The position numbers and the translations under genes were made by a program. Shown here one piece after another: positions 62,721 to 64,000 of a DNA stretch of 64,000 bases; positions within the stretch are counted from its first letter, which is position 1; the number at the start of each line of letters is the position of its first letter. The notes beneath the pieces were generated by a model, which saw only the letters and a list, made by a program, of their open reading frames with translations, did not search any database and was not told the origin of the DNA. Source of the DNA: Prorocentrum cordatum (Eukaryota); NCBI GenBank assembly GCA_963575745.1, contig CAUYUJ010000259.1, forward strand, positions 248,001 through 312,000. The letters are read 5' to 3'.

Positions 62721-64000
62721 GGCAAGCCATTGCGAACACATGTAGATGTATATACATACGTATACATCTACATCTACATCTATATATATGTATTTATATA
62801 CATACATACACATACATACAGACATACATACATACATATGCCGCACGCAGTTTATTGTACCACGTACGTTGCGCAGCGCCGTCTGCAACACCAATCGAAT
62901 GGTTTTCGGCCCATCCCGCTATGGTGCCTGGGTTGTGGGCATGAGGTTTGTAGGATGTTCGTGGGTATTTTGTTGGGGGTTTCCCCGGTGCCTTCTGGAG
63001 GGAATTTGGAAGCTTCTTGCGGGCCAATCGAGGGCCTCTTTGGGTATGTGTTGGGCCTCCTGGGGGCCTCTTGGAATCTCTTGGGGCCTTTTGCGGGCCT
63101 ATGGGGGGCCTCGTCGTTTTTTCGGAGCGCCTCTCGGGGCCCTCTGGGGGGCATTTCGGGCGGAAGGCTCGGATGTTCGGTTCGTGTTCCCTTTTTTGGG
63201 GCACTTTTGGGATTGATTGTCGGGCCTCCCTGGGGACTTTTTGGAACCTCTTGGGCCGTGCTGGGGCCGTCTTGAGGCCCTCTTGGGCAGTTTGGGGGCC
63301 CGCTTGGAGGCCTCTCTGGGCGGTTCTGGTGGCCTGTGGGGTCGTTGGGGAGCGTCGGGAAGCAGAACAGGCGAGAACGCCAAACACCTTCAAACATCTA
63401 GGGCAAATCAGTGAGTTTGGCCTCCCAGGTTTGTTGGAGGGCCTTTGTCGGAAACTGGTACGTATACATTACCAGTGGCGGGCTGTCTTTCAATCCCACG
63501 AATTCCCGAGGGTCAAGGACGACGCTGGGGTGGTGTGGTGTACTTTTTTCCCCGATGTCCCGGGGAAACAACGACACATGTATACACCAGAGTCCCGTAT
63601 ACACCATGATCCGTTCCCAAGTGCAAATTTCAATGCAGGGCCGGAAAAAGCGTCGGTGTATATAGAGTTCGATTCCCAATTTTGGGCCGTTTTTGGCAAA
63701 TGTTGTTCGTATTGGAGCTATATTTCGGCGACTTCGTGCCCTCTTGGTCCGTTGTGGGGCCCCTTGGGGGCCGAAGACGGCGTGAGGGGGCACTCGACAA
63801 TCTCCTGGAGAGTTGGGCCGAGGGGCTCCGAACCCCTTAAGACGTCTTCAGCAGTGACGCTTAGAGGGGATTGGGCAAAGGACTTGAGGACATGCACAAT
63901 CCGTACCCAGCGGCAGTGTGGCGGATAGGGTACAATATCTTTATGTATGTATGCATGCATGTGTTAGTGTATATATGTATGTATTTGTATATTGTACCAT

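Noticed and set aside
61830..63928. 481-aa and 303-aa ORFs
   Set aside because: They run through a direct repeat, an (AT/AC) microsatellite and the GGCCTCTTGGG repeat family; not protein-like.
1..64000. rRNA, tRNA or SL RNA genes
   Set aside because: None recognised. The SL matches are followed by UTR-like sequence and ORFs, not by the GT donor and short intron of an SL RNA gene.

Overview
GC-rich eukaryotic DNA, almost certainly a dinoflagellate. Evidence: genomic copies of the dinoflagellate spliced leader (DinoSL, DCCGTAGCCATTTTGGCTCAAG), tiny exons with AG|G acceptors and GA/GC donors, huge repeat-filled introns, and (GAG)n/(GAT)n tracts. The style suggests Prorocentrum (inference). (1) The last four exons of a plus-strand RCC1/BLIP-II-type repeat gene lie at 3502-3618, 10309-10380, 14339-14458 and 28600-28698 and splice in frame. 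(2) Its last intron (~14 kb) holds an ~11.3 kb TIR-bounded element (15837-27108). It encodes a decayed hAT-like DDE transposase, a second intron-containing gene with a cupin/JmjC-like C-terminal motif, and a small third ORF. The transposase and the second gene each sit just downstream of a DinoSL relic, and the subterminal motif is amplified into an internal array before the second gene. This is the most interesting system in the window. (3) A separate SL-headed, intronless 477-aa ORF lies on the minus strand (30418-31851). (4) There are probable scattered exons of an unidentified plus-strand gene at ~48-59 kb. (5) The rest is MITE/foldback families, a TIR element with a perfect 10-bp TSD, two minisatellites and long microsatellites. 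Most ORFs in the supplied track are artefacts of repeats and high GC. All domain calls come from motif recognition by eye; no database search was run.
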